The notes under the pieces are model-generated. The model was given only the letters and a program-made list of their open reading frames with translations. It searched no databases and was not told the origin of the DNA. A stretch of DNA of 64,000 nucleotides from an uncultured Nitrospiraceae bacterium (GTDB lineage: Bacteria; Nitrospirota; Thermodesulfovibrionia; Thermodesulfovibrionales; Dissulfurispiraceae), in assembly GCA_963705105.1 (NCBI GenBank), contig CAVPIW010000012.1, positions 64,001 through 128,000 of the forward strand, read 5' to 3'. Positions 51,658-61,519 of the stretch are shown here, in pieces (the stretch's first letter is position 1; every line of letters begins with the position of its first letter). A program made the position numbers and the translations under genes.

Positions 51658-52401
51658 TCAGATCCTCATTCCTCCGTCGACTTCGATGACCCTGCCCGTG
51701 AAAAAGTCGTTCTGGATGATAAAGGTAACGGTCTGGGAAATCTCGGACATTTCGCCGAGCCTGCCGGCGGGTATATTCTGGATGATCTTGTCCAGCACTT
51801 CCTGCCTGATTTTGGCGACCATTTCGGTGTTGATGTAGCCGGGGGCGATGGCGCCGACGCGGATCCCGTACCGTGCCAGCTCTTTCGCCCAGGTGACGGT
51901 CATGGCGTCGACGGCGGCCTTCGTGGCCGAGTAGTTGGTCTGTCCCAGGTTGCCGGAGCGGCTGATGGAGGAGATGTTGATAATGACCCCCTTGACGCCG
52001 TTTTTGACCATATGGAATGCAGCCTCCCGGGCGCAGAGGAACACGCCCGTCAGGTTGACGCTGAGGACCCGTTCCCAGTTCGACAGGGGAAACTTGGTGA
52101 TGTCCTCGCCCTTTTTCCGGATGAACAGGGAATCGGCCGTGATGCCCGCGTTGTTCACAAGGACGTCCGGTGCGCCGTGTTCCGCCGCATACTTTTCGAA
52201 AAACGACTCGACGTCCTTCTCATTGCCCACATCGACCTTGCTCCCGGGGATGCCTGTTTCGGCCATGAGGGCGTCAAGGTTCTCCTGGACGACGTCGACG
52301 ACGTAGGGTTCGGCGCCGAGGGCCTTGAGGTCAAGGGCGAACTGCCTTCCCATGCCCCGCGCCCCGCCGGTGATAATGATCTTCTTTCCTTGCATGTCCA
52401 T
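51658..52401 (-). CDS. SDR 3-oxoacyl reductase, probable acetoacetyl-CoA reductase (PhaB role)
   Basis: TGGARGMG, NNAGI, GQTNYSATK; directly downstream of phaC. Confidence 0.85.
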   Translation of the reverse strand: MDMQGKKIIITGGARGMGRQFALDLKALGAEPYVVDVVQENLDALMAETGIPGSKVDVGNEKDVESFFEKYAAEHGAPDVLVNNAGITADSLFIRKKGEDITKFPLSNWERVLSVNLTGVFLCAREAAFHMVKNGVKGVIINISSISRSGNLGQTNYSATKAAVDAMTVTWAKELARYGIRVGAIAPGYINTEMVAKIRQEVLDKIIQNIPAGRLGEMSEISQTVTFIIQNDFFTGRVIEVDGGMRI

Positions 52402-52427
52402 TGTCTATTCCTCCTTGAGTTTTATAG

Positions 52428-52457
52428 AAAAGAGGCGGGCCAGTGACCCGCCTCTTC
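52428..52457 (-). terminator. Hairpin/terminator between phaC and the reductase gene
   Basis: Minus strand AAGAGGCGGG-TCACTGG-CCCGCCTCTTTT. Confidence 0.7.
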
Positions 52458-52479
52458 AATTCGTGACGATCCGCCTGCT

Positions 52480-53574
52480 TCAGCGCGTCTTCTTCTCTTC
52501 CCCGTCCATCCTCTTGTGGAGCCAGGCCGCGATGGTCGGTGCGAGCTCCTTTTGCGACTTCGAACCGGTGAAGACGCCGATGTGCCCGCCCTTGAACTCG
52601 TAGAGTTCCTTGTCCGTGCTCCCGACGAGATCGTTCAGGGGCTTCGTCGAGCTGGGGGGAACGATGTGGTCGCCGCTCGCAAAGATGTTCAGGAGGGGCA
52701 TGGTGACCTTCTTCAGGTCCACCTCCCTGTCTCCTATCTTCAGCTCCCCCTTGACGAGCTTGTTCTGCTGGTAAAAGTCCTTGATGAACTGCCGGAAGGC
52801 CTCTCCCGCCTGATCGGGGCTGTCGAAGATCCACCTCTCCATCCTGAGGAAGTTCAGAAGCTTGTCCTTGTCCTCCATGACATCGAGCATGTCGACGTAC
52901 TTGCTGATGTGAAGGGTGAAGGGCATGAGCATCAGGAAGCCCGTGTTCAGGAAATCACCGGGAATGACGCCGAAGGAGTCGACGAGGGAGTCGGCGTTTA
53001 TATTTCTCGACCACCGGTAGAGCAGGCCGTCGTTCGTCGAAAAGTCCACGGGCGTGACGAGGGTGACGAGGTTCTTCACCTTCTCGGGATACAGCGCCGA
53101 GAAAATGGCCGCGAAGGTCCCGCCCTGGCAGATGCCCATGAGGGAGATCTTGTCGTTACCCGTCGCCTCCCTGATATGGTCCACGCAGTCGGCGAGATAT
53201 CCGTTGATGTAATCATCCAGCGTCAGGTAGCGGTCGGTCTTGACGGGATATCCCCAGTCGATGATATAGAGGTCTATGCCGTGGGCCAGCAGATTTCGCA
53301 CGATGCTCCGGTCGGGCTGCAGATCGAGCATGTACTGCTTGTTGACGAGGGCGTAGACGATCAGGACCGGCACGCGGCAGGTCACGTCGCCGGCAGCCTT
53401 GTAATGATAGAGCTTCACCTTGTCCTGCTCATACACGAGGTCCTTGGGCGCCGTGCCGACATCCACTTCTTCGATGTCCATGAGCACTTCGGCGCCCTTC
53501 ATGAACTTCCTGTTAAGCTCCCCCATTTCCTTAAGGATATTTTTCGAGTTGAATGTGACCATGGGCGTTTTCAT
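52480..53574 (-). CDS. phaC: Class III PHA synthase subunit PhaC
   Basis: 364 aa; IVYALVN..YMLDLQ, IDWGYP, GICQGG lipase box, MERWIFDSPDQAGE, DHIVP, GGHIG. Confidence 0.95.
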   Translation of the reverse strand: MKTPMVTFNSKNILKEMGELNRKFMKGAEVLMDIEEVDVGTAPKDLVYEQDKVKLYHYKAAGDVTCRVPVLIVYALVNKQYMLDLQPDRSIVRNLLAHGIDLYIIDWGYPVKTDRYLTLDDYINGYLADCVDHIREATGNDKISLMGICQGGTFAAIFSALYPEKVKNLVTLVTPVDFSTNDGLLYRWSRNINADSLVDSFGVIPGDFLNTGFLMLMPFTLHISKYVDMLDVMEDKDKLLNFLRMERWIFDSPDQAGEAFRQFIKDFYQQNKLVKGELKIGDREVDLKKVTMPLLNIFASGDHIVPPSSTKPLNDLVGSTDKELYEFKGGHIGVFTGSKSQKELAPTIAAWLHKRMDGEEKKTR

Positions 53575-54851
53575 CTGGATCCCTCCTCAGAGGCCGGTTT
53601 CCTCTTCTTCGGCGGAGCTGCTTTCCGGGGGGCGACGGTTTTCGCGGTGACGTTACCGGCGGTCGGTCGGGCTGTTTTCGTCTCCGCCGCAACTGCGGCA
53701 GGCGCACGCTCGAGCCCATCGATCCTCTCCTGCATCTTCGCCATTGTTTCCGACATCTGCTGCATTTGGGAGCGGAGTTCCCCGATGTTAGACCTCTCGA
53801 TTTTCCGCACCGTCCTCTTGAGTTCGTATATCGTCTTGTATGCGTCGTCCATCTCCGACCTGAGGGCTATGGGGAAGTCAGCCAGTACCAGCTCCATCAG
53901 TTTGTGCAGGTTGGTCCTGACGTCCAGGGACGCCTGCAGCAGCTCCCCCTGGACCCTGGAGAACTCGTCGGTATGGAACAGTTCGAGGTAGGACTTCTCA
54001 TTTATGTTTATCCAGAGATCGAGAAAATCGTCGAAGCTCTTGACCTCCTCGCCGTCCTTGATCATCTGGACCATTTTTTCCGAGATTTTTTCCATCGCCT
54101 TCTTGGAAGGGATAAAGATCAGGTGCTGATACTCCATATTTTTCGCCATGTAGACGGCATACTTGTCGAGGCTCGTCAGGAGGAGTTCGACCTTTTCCCG
54201 GTCTTTCCCGACGGGAGGGAATTTGAAGATCTCTCCGAAGGTGCCGAAAAATGCCTTGAACAGGTTATGAAACATGCCCATCATCGACCCGACATCGCTC
54301 TCGACGTCGCCCGATGCGAGTTTCGGGAGGGTCTGAATGTTCTTCTGGCAGGCCTCGGCCCAGGGTTTGACGAATTTCTCGGCCGACGAGCCCCAGGTCT
54401 CGATATACTTCGACGACTGATCATAGAATTCCTGTGTCAGCTCCGGTGCTTTTTTATTTATGACCTCGTCGATCATCTCCCGCAGCTTGTCGGGGTCCAT
54501 GTGATCCTGCCAGTTGTCGGGGTCGATCATCTTCTGTGAGAGCGACTGGATGACGGGCATCCAGAGCTCGTAGAATTTCAGGTACATGCCGGTGTTGTTC
54601 AGGAGTTTCGAAAAAATATCCCTGACGACATCGGCGTCACGTTTCGCCATCTCATCGGAAGCTGCCGTCATGGTGTTCAGCCACGACGCATACATTGTCA
54701 GCGGATTCAGCAGTGCCCCGTTCCCCGACTTCTCGATGTTCATGATACCTGCGAGGGAGCGCTGCACCTTTTCGGCTGTCTCCGACCAGGCATCGATCAT
54801 ATCTCTCTGCGTTTTCGCCCAAGATTCGAAAAGGCTCTGGGCCTGTTCCAT
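53571..54851 (-). CDS. phaE: Class III PHA synthase subunit PhaE with Lys/Ala/Pro tail
   Basis: ATGA overlap with phaC; FPPVGKDRE, FLDLWININEKSY, RSEMDDAYKTIYELKR. Confidence 0.85.
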   Translation of the reverse strand: MEQAQSLFESWAKTQRDMIDAWSETAEKVQRSLAGIMNIEKSGNGALLNPLTMYASWLNTMTAASDEMAKRDADVVRDIFSKLLNNTGMYLKFYELWMPVIQSLSQKMIDPDNWQDHMDPDKLREMIDEVINKKAPELTQEFYDQSSKYIETWGSSAEKFVKPWAEACQKNIQTLPKLASGDVESDVGSMMGMFHNLFKAFFGTFGEIFKFPPVGKDREKVELLLTSLDKYAVYMAKNMEYQHLIFIPSKKAMEKISEKMVQMIKDGEEVKSFDDFLDLWININEKSYLELFHTDEFSRVQGELLQASLDVRTNLHKLMELVLADFPIALRSEMDDAYKTIYELKRTVRKIERSNIGELRSQMQQMSETMAKMQERIDGLERAPAAVAAETKTARPTAGNVTAKTVAPRKAAPPKKRKPASEEGSR

Positions 54852-54962
54852 CTCTGTCCTCCTCTTGAAAACCGTTCACGGATTGGGTTGTATGGGATAC
54901 CAGTGCGTCCTTCCGTCACCGTGGTACTATCGGGTGACGGAAGGAACGAATTGCCGATCGGA

Positions 54963-55430
54963 TTATGATGTTTTGCCCGTCTTGAAAAAGTTGAAGAAGT
55001 CCTTCGCGATGTCCCTGTTCATTTCCATCTGCTTCTCGATGGTGTTCTTCCAGGTTTCCTGGATGTTGACGATCTCATCGGTGAAGACCTTGGACGAGTT
55101 GACCATCGTCGTGATCCAGGAATTGTAGAGCTTGAACACCTCCGATCCCTCCTTCGCGCCCGAGGCGTCAAGAAGGGCCTGCTGAAAGTTCTTCGTCGCC
55201 TCCATCCACTTGTCGAAGAAATCCTTCTGCGATCTGGCCCAGTTCTCGATAAAATCCTTCTGTGTCTTCATCCAGGCCTCGAAGAAATCGGAGCCCTTTT
55301 CCATGAACTGCAGGTTCTTCGATGCCTCGACCCATTTCTCGAAGAAATCCTTCTGCGTCCCCGGCCATTTCTCGAGGAACTCCTTCTGTGCCTTTGTCCA
55401 GGCTTCAAAGAATTCAGACGGGTTGTTCAT
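54963..55430 (-). CDS. Trp/Phe-rich 11-residue-repeat protein, putative phasin
   Basis: WTKAQKEFLEK-WPGTQKDFFEK-W and WMKTQKDFIEN-WARSQKDFFDK-W; AAGGAGG RBS. Confidence 0.7.
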   Translation of the reverse strand: MNNPSEFFEAWTKAQKEFLEKWPGTQKDFFEKWVEASKNLQFMEKGSDFFEAWMKTQKDFIENWARSQKDFFDKWMEATKNFQQALLDASGAKEGSEVFKLYNSWITTMVNSSKVFTDEIVNIQETWKNTIEKQMEMNRDIAKDFFNFFKTGKTS

Positions 55431-55508
55431 TTTTGTATCCTCCTTGCTGTATTGAGATTAGAAATCAGAACGCGCGTTTAAAGATATGGTGAAGGGGAAA
55501 CGGGTCCG

Positions 55509-55955
55509 CTACTGGCCGGCATCCCCTTTCTGTTTGAAGAAGTTGAGAAAGTTCTTCGCCATCTCCTTGTTCATCTCCATCTGCTTGTCCATGATACTCT
55601 GCCAGGCGTCGCGGGCCTTTTCCCCTCCCTCCGCCATCATCCGGAGACGGAGCTCCTGGATCGTATTCTTGAGGAACTCGTTTTCCGCCTTCAGGGTTTC
55701 GTTTTCCTTCACCACGTCGTCGTACTGCTTCTTCGGGACGAAACCGAGAGACGAGTAAAAGGCGATCATCTGCTCGAAGATGTCCGGGGCCTTGTCGGAC
55801 AGCCCGCTCTTCGACGCAGAGAGTTCCCAGAATTTCCTGGCCCCGTCGAGGCCTTCCTTCTGCATCCTGGTGAAGAAATCCATGAAACCCTGCCTGAAAA
55901 GAGGGTTTTCGCAGAGACTCATGAAGTATTTCACCATGTCTTCATTCATATTCAT
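55509..55955 (-). CDS. Hypothetical coiled-coil protein, putative PHA granule-associated
   Basis: LGFVPKKQYD + coiled coil; C-terminus shared with 54963-55430. Confidence 0.7.
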   Translation of the reverse strand: MNMNEDMVKYFMSLCENPLFRQGFMDFFTRMQKEGLDGARKFWELSASKSGLSDKAPDIFEQMIAFYSSLGFVPKKQYDDVVKENETLKAENEFLKNTIQELRLRMMAEGGEKARDAWQSIMDKQMEMNKEMAKNFLNFFKQKGDAGQ

Positions 55956-56101
55956 AAAACATCACCTCTCTGATCCCTTTCGTCACCTCGGTGACGGGAC
56001 CGGTTGAAAGACAAAGATAAGTTATAATTCTATAATTTTTATTAATAATTTGCAAGCGCGGGCGCATGCCCCGGCATGCCGTGAGACGTCCGCGGCGGAG
56101 A

Positions 56102-57214
56102 TCAGGGCTGTGAAGACAGTAGCTGCCTGGTCAGGTAGATGCGGAGGAAAGGGTCGTCAATCGTATATTTTCCCCGGCCCTCTCTCTTCAGGAAGCCCAT
56201 TTCCTCCAGTGATGTGCATGTCTTATACAGGACCAGGGGGTTCACTCCCGGTTCGACGCCGTTGGCGATGGCAAAGAGGACCTCCGTATGGTGCTTCTTG
56301 AGCCTGAGTCGTGAGACGATATCCTCCAGGTAGGACCGTGTCTCTTCAAAGGAGAGGAGGAGCGCCTGGCTCATGTCATCTTTGCCGACCGTCCGGCGTT
56401 TCCCGTCGACACACAGGTAGTATAGGCTCTGCAGTGTTTTCATTGAATAGAAGGGATGCCCGCCGAGCGTTGAAAGGAAATCCCTGAGGGCCTCCCCGTC
56501 CGCCGAGATGTGCTTTTCCTTCAGCTTCTGTTGAGCATAAAGACAGAGGACGTCGATGTCCAGCCCGGGCAGCCTGATGATCCTGCCGAAGTGAAAAAAG
56601 GCCGAGGCCTTGTTCTGGAACAGCCTGGTCATGAGGGATTCCTGGCTGCCGGCGAATATATACGAGGCGTTCCGATGCCTCTGCAATGCCGACCGCATCC
56701 GGTCGAGCACGGCCGGCACCCCGAAGTTGAGGATGTCCTGAAACTCGTCATAGGCGACGCAGACGGTTTTTCCGAGCCTTGCGCCCACGGTGTCTGGCAG
56801 GTCGATGGCGTGCATGAACAGCTCGACAGGGTCTTTCTTCGACTCAATCAGCTCGATGGTCACCTCCGCGAGATCGGGTATGCCTGCCCTGAACTTTACC
56901 CGCAGATGCCTGAGCAAGCGGGTGATGCTCTCTTTCGTCTGCCTGATGAAGTTCTCGATGCCGAGCAGCCTGTAGGAGGAGTCAATGATGGCCGCGGAGA
57001 GACGTTCGAGGTCCGGCCAGTATTTCAGGTCGACGTAGATGTTCGGCCCGCCCTGCTGCCTGAAGGCCTCGAGGATGAGGGAGCTTTTGCCGTATCGCCG
57101 GGGCGCCATGAGGATGACGTTCTGCCTGTCGTTCATGTACTGGGCAAGCTGCCGCAATTCTGTTTCCCTGTCGATGAAGTCCTCTCCGAGGACGGGGCTG
57201 CCGACTCTGAACAT
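56102..57214 (-). CDS. AAA ATPase (archaeal ATPase-like) with C-terminal wHTH
   Basis: FIDRE.E, APRRYGKSS Walker A, DEFQ Walker B, GGHPFY, DPFL. Confidence 0.85.
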   Translation of the reverse strand: MFRVGSPVLGEDFIDRETELRQLAQYMNDRQNVILMAPRRYGKSSLILEAFRQQGGPNIYVDLKYWPDLERLSAAIIDSSYRLLGIENFIRQTKESITRLLRHLRVKFRAGIPDLAEVTIELIESKKDPVELFMHAIDLPDTVGARLGKTVCVAYDEFQDILNFGVPAVLDRMRSALQRHRNASYIFAGSQESLMTRLFQNKASAFFHFGRIIRLPGLDIDVLCLYAQQKLKEKHISADGEALRDFLSTLGGHPFYSMKTLQSLYYLCVDGKRRTVGKDDMSQALLLSFEETRSYLEDIVSRLRLKKHHTEVLFAIANGVEPGVNPLVLYKTCTSLEEMGFLKREGRGKYTIDDPFLRIYLTRQLLSSQP

Positions 57215-57374
57215 GGGAATACCCTCCTTAAAATATCCAATTATTAGATATTATAGCATAACCAATATTAGGATATCCTTTTTTGGGATATTGCGGCGTT
57301 TGCGCTCGCTATCCTTAGAAGCCCATGTTCCCCCGCTCCGCTCGGGAGAAGGTGGCATTCGAATAGACTTTCCG

Positions 57375-57544
57375 GTCGCATGAAAAGGCGGGACAAAGTG
57401 CTCTGAAGAAGAGTGGGAGTGTCAGTGTGAGTGTCAGGAAAAGGCTCTTTTTTCAGCCGTCAGCCTGACATGATCCGTATGGGAAGGCAAAGGTTTCGCA
57501 GCACCAAGGCTTATCGGCATCTTCGCCCCGCCTTTCCATGCAAC
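57375..57544 (+). repeat. Modular repeat copy
   Basis: GCATGAAAAGGCGGG...GTGTCAGTGTGAGTGTC...CGCCCCGCCTTTCCATGCAAC. Confidence 0.85.
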
Positions 57545-57556
57545 TGTAATGTTCAG

Positions 57557-57991
57557 TCAGGGTAAGACGGGCGGCAGCACCGCAAATCCCTCATTCCTCG
57601 CCGCTTCACGCAGTCTCTGGTCAAGGCAGACAAAACGGAAGCCCTTCGGCTTCGCCCCCGACCATATCAGCGCGGCTGCAAGCTGCAGGGAATCAGCAGC
57701 GCGCAGGGGATGGAGAAGAAGGAGCCGTTCAGCGGCGTCCCTTACGTCCTTTCCCGGCTCAATCTCCGTCCAGGCGTCAGACATGATGGTCAGGAGACGC
57801 CTCACCCGGTCTTCCTCCGCCGTCTTCAGAAAGCCTTCACGTCGCAGACGGGCAAAGGCGGAGAAGCATTCAACAGGACTTCCCCACCAGGCTACAATGT
57901 CATCGTCTTTCTGCGCCAGATCACGCATCGTCACCGTCTGAGGCCCTTCGATGACAAGAGGGATAAGGGCTGAGGAATCCCAGAACATCAT
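57557..57991 (-). CDS. vapC: VapC PIN-domain toxin
   Basis: FWDSSAL, LRAADSLQLAAAL, CLDQRL. Confidence 0.88.
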   Translation of the reverse strand: MMFWDSSALIPLVIEGPQTVTMRDLAQKDDDIVAWWGSPVECFSAFARLRREGFLKTAEEDRVRRLLTIMSDAWTEIEPGKDVRDAAERLLLLHPLRAADSLQLAAALIWSGAKPKGFRFVCLDQRLREAARNEGFAVLPPVLP

Positions 57992-58281
57992 CTCGACTCT
58001 TCTCTTTCGGAGATAAGCGTTTTGACGGCCCTGTCGCTGCGGTCTTTCGGCCGGGGAATGTCCCAGAACCCTTTCGGCAGCTTATGCTTCGGGATTCTTG
58101 CGAGACCTGCCCGCTCCAGGTGAAGGAGATGAGAGGGTATTTCCGCCTCGGCACGATCTATCGGTACGATCTTCGCCACAGGCTTTCCCCTGTCTGTAAT
58201 GATGAGCTCCTCACCCGCCTTCACCTTGGAGAGGAACTCGCTCAGCGAAGCCTTCAATTCTGCAACTCCGGCGGTTTTCAT
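57988..58281 (-). CDS. Phd/YefM-family antitoxin
   Basis: GVAELKASLSEFL..VKAGEELIITDRGKPVA; GGAGG RBS. Confidence 0.88.
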   Translation of the reverse strand: MKTAGVAELKASLSEFLSKVKAGEELIITDRGKPVAKIVPIDRAEAEIPSHLLHLERAGLARIPKHKLPKGFWDIPRPKDRSDRAVKTLISEREESR

Positions 58282-58309
58282 GCACCTGACCTCCAAGACT
58301 TCTTGTATA

Positions 58310-58324
58310 TGACTATTATAGTCA
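58310..58324. promoter_or_regulatory. Operator palindrome overlapping -10 of the phd-vapC promoter
   Basis: TGACTAT-T-ATAGTCA containing TATAAT on the minus strand. Confidence 0.6.
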
Positions 58325-58759
58325 CATATGACGGGAAAGTTCAAGGTCGGCTTTCCTATGACCGGCGTCAGCAGGATTAAAACATCCCGCCTCCCATCCC
58401 CCATCGCGGCAGGATCAGCTCGTCTGCACGTCACTTAGCAAAATTACTGAATATTTGCGCAGTATGGCTGCAACCTCATATCATGTCCGCATCTCTTTCC
58501 CTTTGCTCCCGGACGTGTCGTCGATTTTCAGTACCCCGGGACCGGGGCACCCTGCCAATTTTAATGGACCTCTTCATTCTGGTAAGATGTTTGCATATTG
58601 TATGAAGGAACGATATACAACCTATCCTGCGTTGAGTTATCGAATGAAAGGAGTACGACAGAATATCCGGCAAAATCATCGACCTTCTATACCCGCTAAT
58701 TCACTGGATAAAGAAAATGAAGGTTGCTCTCAAAAAAATGACACCCGAGCTGGAAGGAG

Positions 58760-60364
58760 TTCTTCCTGGACGGTCATGTCGAAGCCATCCGGGAGTACAG
58801 AGTGTTGTGGCGACGCAAACCTATGACAACCTGAAAAGCGTGGTGCTGAGCAGAAAGCCCGAGATCACGTATAACCCCCGGTTCCTGGACATGGCCCGCC
58901 ACTACCGCTTCTCGATCCGTGTCTGCACACCCCGCAGGGCCAATGAAAAGGGCAAGGTGGAACGTGTGATCCGGGACATCGAGAGCTTTCTCCGGGTCAC
59001 TACAGCCACGGATATCATCGATCTCAACAGGAAAGTCGGTCAATGGCGCTCACAGAGGAATGCACGCATCCACCGGAGCACCCGGAAAGCTCCCGCAGAG
59101 GCCCTGAAAGAAGAAAAGCTCCTGTCTCTGCCGCAGATCCCCTACAAGCCTTATCGCCACGAGACCGCCCCGGTCAGCACGACCGGGTTCATCACCGTGC
59201 AGACGAACCGCTATTCCGTGCCGTCCTGCTATAGCGGCATGACCGCAGACCTCCTGCTCTATCCCGAGCGCATCGAGGTCGTCGTTGGCGGCAAGACCGT
59301 CGTCACCCACAGGCGGCTTTTCGACACACACCAAAAGATCGAGCATCCCGGTCACCGGCACAAGCCCCTCTGCCACAGTCCGCAGTTCAAGCTCCGGAGA
59401 ATCCACCAGCTCATGACTCATATGGACACGGCCATCGAGCACTTCATCACCGAGGCCCACAAGCAGGGACAGGACCCCCTGTCCGTCTCCTATGCTCTCT
59501 TCAAGCTGCTCAGGGGCATCTCCCGGGAGACCCTCATCTCCGCTGTCAGACAGGCAAACGAGCTGAACTCCTGCAGGGTCGCCTATGTGCAAGGGCTCCT
59601 GAGTCCGTCAGGGTATCAGGACAACCCCGTGCATCCCCAAAATGCGGGACTCCTGCATATCACCTATCAGGGGAGGGACCTCGATGAGTACGATACCCTT
59701 CTGTGAGCTCTGGCGACACTTCCGGCTGCTCAGTGACCCGCAATCCCTGGAGGAGCAGGACAAAGCGTTCCTGCAGCGGTTCCTTCAGCAGGAATACGCC
59801 CTGCACCAGGAAAGACGGATCCGGCATCTGCTCAGACTATCGGGGATCAAGCGGATCAAGCTCCTGACCGACTTCGACTGGACGTTCAATCCCCCCATCC
59901 CCCGGGACAAGATCATGGAGTACATGAATACCGTCTGGCTGACCAGGCCCTCCAGTCTCATCATCATCGGTCCCTCCGGGGTGGGAAAGACCCATGTCGC
60001 CACCGCGCTCTGCCATGACGCTGTGATGAAGGGGCATCAAACCCTGTTTCTCAGTCTCTTCGATCTGCAGGCAAAGATGGCACGCGCTAAGACGATCTAC
60101 AGCTTCGTGGAGCATTATGCAAAGACGCCGGTGCTCTGCCTTGACGAACTGGGCTACACCCTGCCGACCAAGGAACAGGCGGACTGCCTCTTTCAGATCA
60201 TCTCAAAACGCTATGAAACAGGCACGACGATTATCACAACCAATCCCATTCCTTCGCAGTGGGGTAAGGTCTTCGAGACGGTGACGGCTTCTGCCATCCT
60301 CGACCGACTCAGTATGAACGGGACGTTTCTGACCTTCGACGGGAACTCATATCGACGGAAATAG
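58760..60364 (+). mobile_element. IS21-family remnant: 5'-truncated istA (to 59706) and istB (59684-60364)
   Basis: YDNLKS, KGKVER, NRYSVP (IstA); GPSGVGKTH, LDELGY, AILDRL, SYR (IstB). Confidence 0.88.
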
Positions 60365-60637
60365 GGACGGTTTGTGAGAAATACGATTGGTCTTGTCTCT
60401 GGTCACTGTCAGCTTAAAGGCAGGTTTGCAGGGATGCTCTCATGCTCCGGAAGGTACCAATCTCGCCATATGTGGTTCCTTCCTCGCCGGATTCGGTTCC
60501 TTTCCCGCGGCGCTAACACCCCGGCCATGTTTCCAGTCTACCAGAGGTCGTACGTCTCTTGTTTGACTGTGCAGTGCCTCCCGGCGTGCACGTGATTGAA
60601 TGAGTGGGGGGGTATCGTGCGGGGATATCTGGTGCGT

Positions 60638-61075
60638 CTACTTCTTCCAGTTCCTCAGAAGGACAGTCTTTATTTCTTCGATTTTTGTCAGCTTGTCATC
60701 GTTCGTGATGAAGGCACTTGCACCTGAGGTTATTGCCGTAGCGAGCTGGATTGCATCAGGTGTCCGGATGGCATACTTCGCCCTCAGGCTCGATGCGATA
60801 TCGGCGACATGAAGATCAATGGGTACGAATTCCAGATTCGGGAATGTGAGAAGGAGGTCTCTGTAGTCCGCGACTGCCTTTGCGGCGCCTTCTCTCTTGG
60901 GCTTTACCAGTATCTCGATTAGAGAGACGAAAGACGTGACAGCCCGATACTTCCCCTTCTCAACGGCGTCAAAGAGTTTCTCGGTGATCAAAGAGAACTC
61001 GGGATGATCTTCGAAGTGGTAGATAAAAACCATTGAGTCTATTCCGACGGTCTGCCCCTCATGAATTCCGATCAC
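60638..61075 (-). CDS. vapC: VapC PIN-domain toxin
   Basis: GIDSMVFIY, IRTPDAIQLATA, FITND. Confidence 0.88.
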   Translation of the reverse strand: MIGIHEGQTVGIDSMVFIYHFEDHPEFSLITEKLFDAVEKGKYRAVTSFVSLIEILVKPKREGAAKAVADYRDLLLTFPNLEFVPIDLHVADIASSLRAKYAIRTPDAIQLATAITSGASAFITNDDKLTKIEEIKTVLLRNWKK

Positions 61076-61305
61076 CAGGATTCCCTTTCCTTGCGCACAT
61101 AGGCAGCAGCGTCGGTACCCTTCCAGACGTCTTTGTGAAGCCCTTTCAGCTTTTTCGTGTAGCTTTTCGGCTTCTGTGTGATGACGATATTCTCATCGAC
61201 GATGTCAATGAGGAGTTCGTCGCCCTCTGTAATTCCGGCGATTTGCCTGATAGCCTTCGGTATGACGATCTGGCTCTTCTTGCCTAATTTTGTGGAATAG
61301 GGCAT
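61072..61305 (-). CDS. AbrB/MazE-family antitoxin
   Basis: KKSQIVIPKAIR..GITEGDEL; ATGA overlap with vapC. Confidence 0.88.
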   Translation of the reverse strand: MPYSTKLGKKSQIVIPKAIRQIAGITEGDELLIDIVDENIVITQKPKSYTKKLKGLHKDVWKGTDAAAYVRKERESW

Positions 61306-61519
61306 TATCGACCTCCACTTCTTCTTCTCTCTGAATTATATCATAATAGTAGGATAATATTGAATTAGTCATACGATAACAGAAACGGTCTCCGCTCTTG
61401 CTGCGGAAGACGCGTGCAGGAAGAGACGATGGCGACAGAGGGAACCTTCTTGTTATTTATCAAATAGATTTAGAAGATCCGTCGTGGAGCATCATTTTAA
61501 TATTACAGCAGGAATTCTG

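Noticed and set aside
52516..53991. 491-aa plus-strand ORF
   Set aside because: Antisense shadow of phaC/phaE
58455..58760. Small ORFs and the 58717 start assigned to istA
   Set aside because: AT-rich scrap fused to a truncated istA; a possible IS end near 58520-58577 could not be paired with a partner
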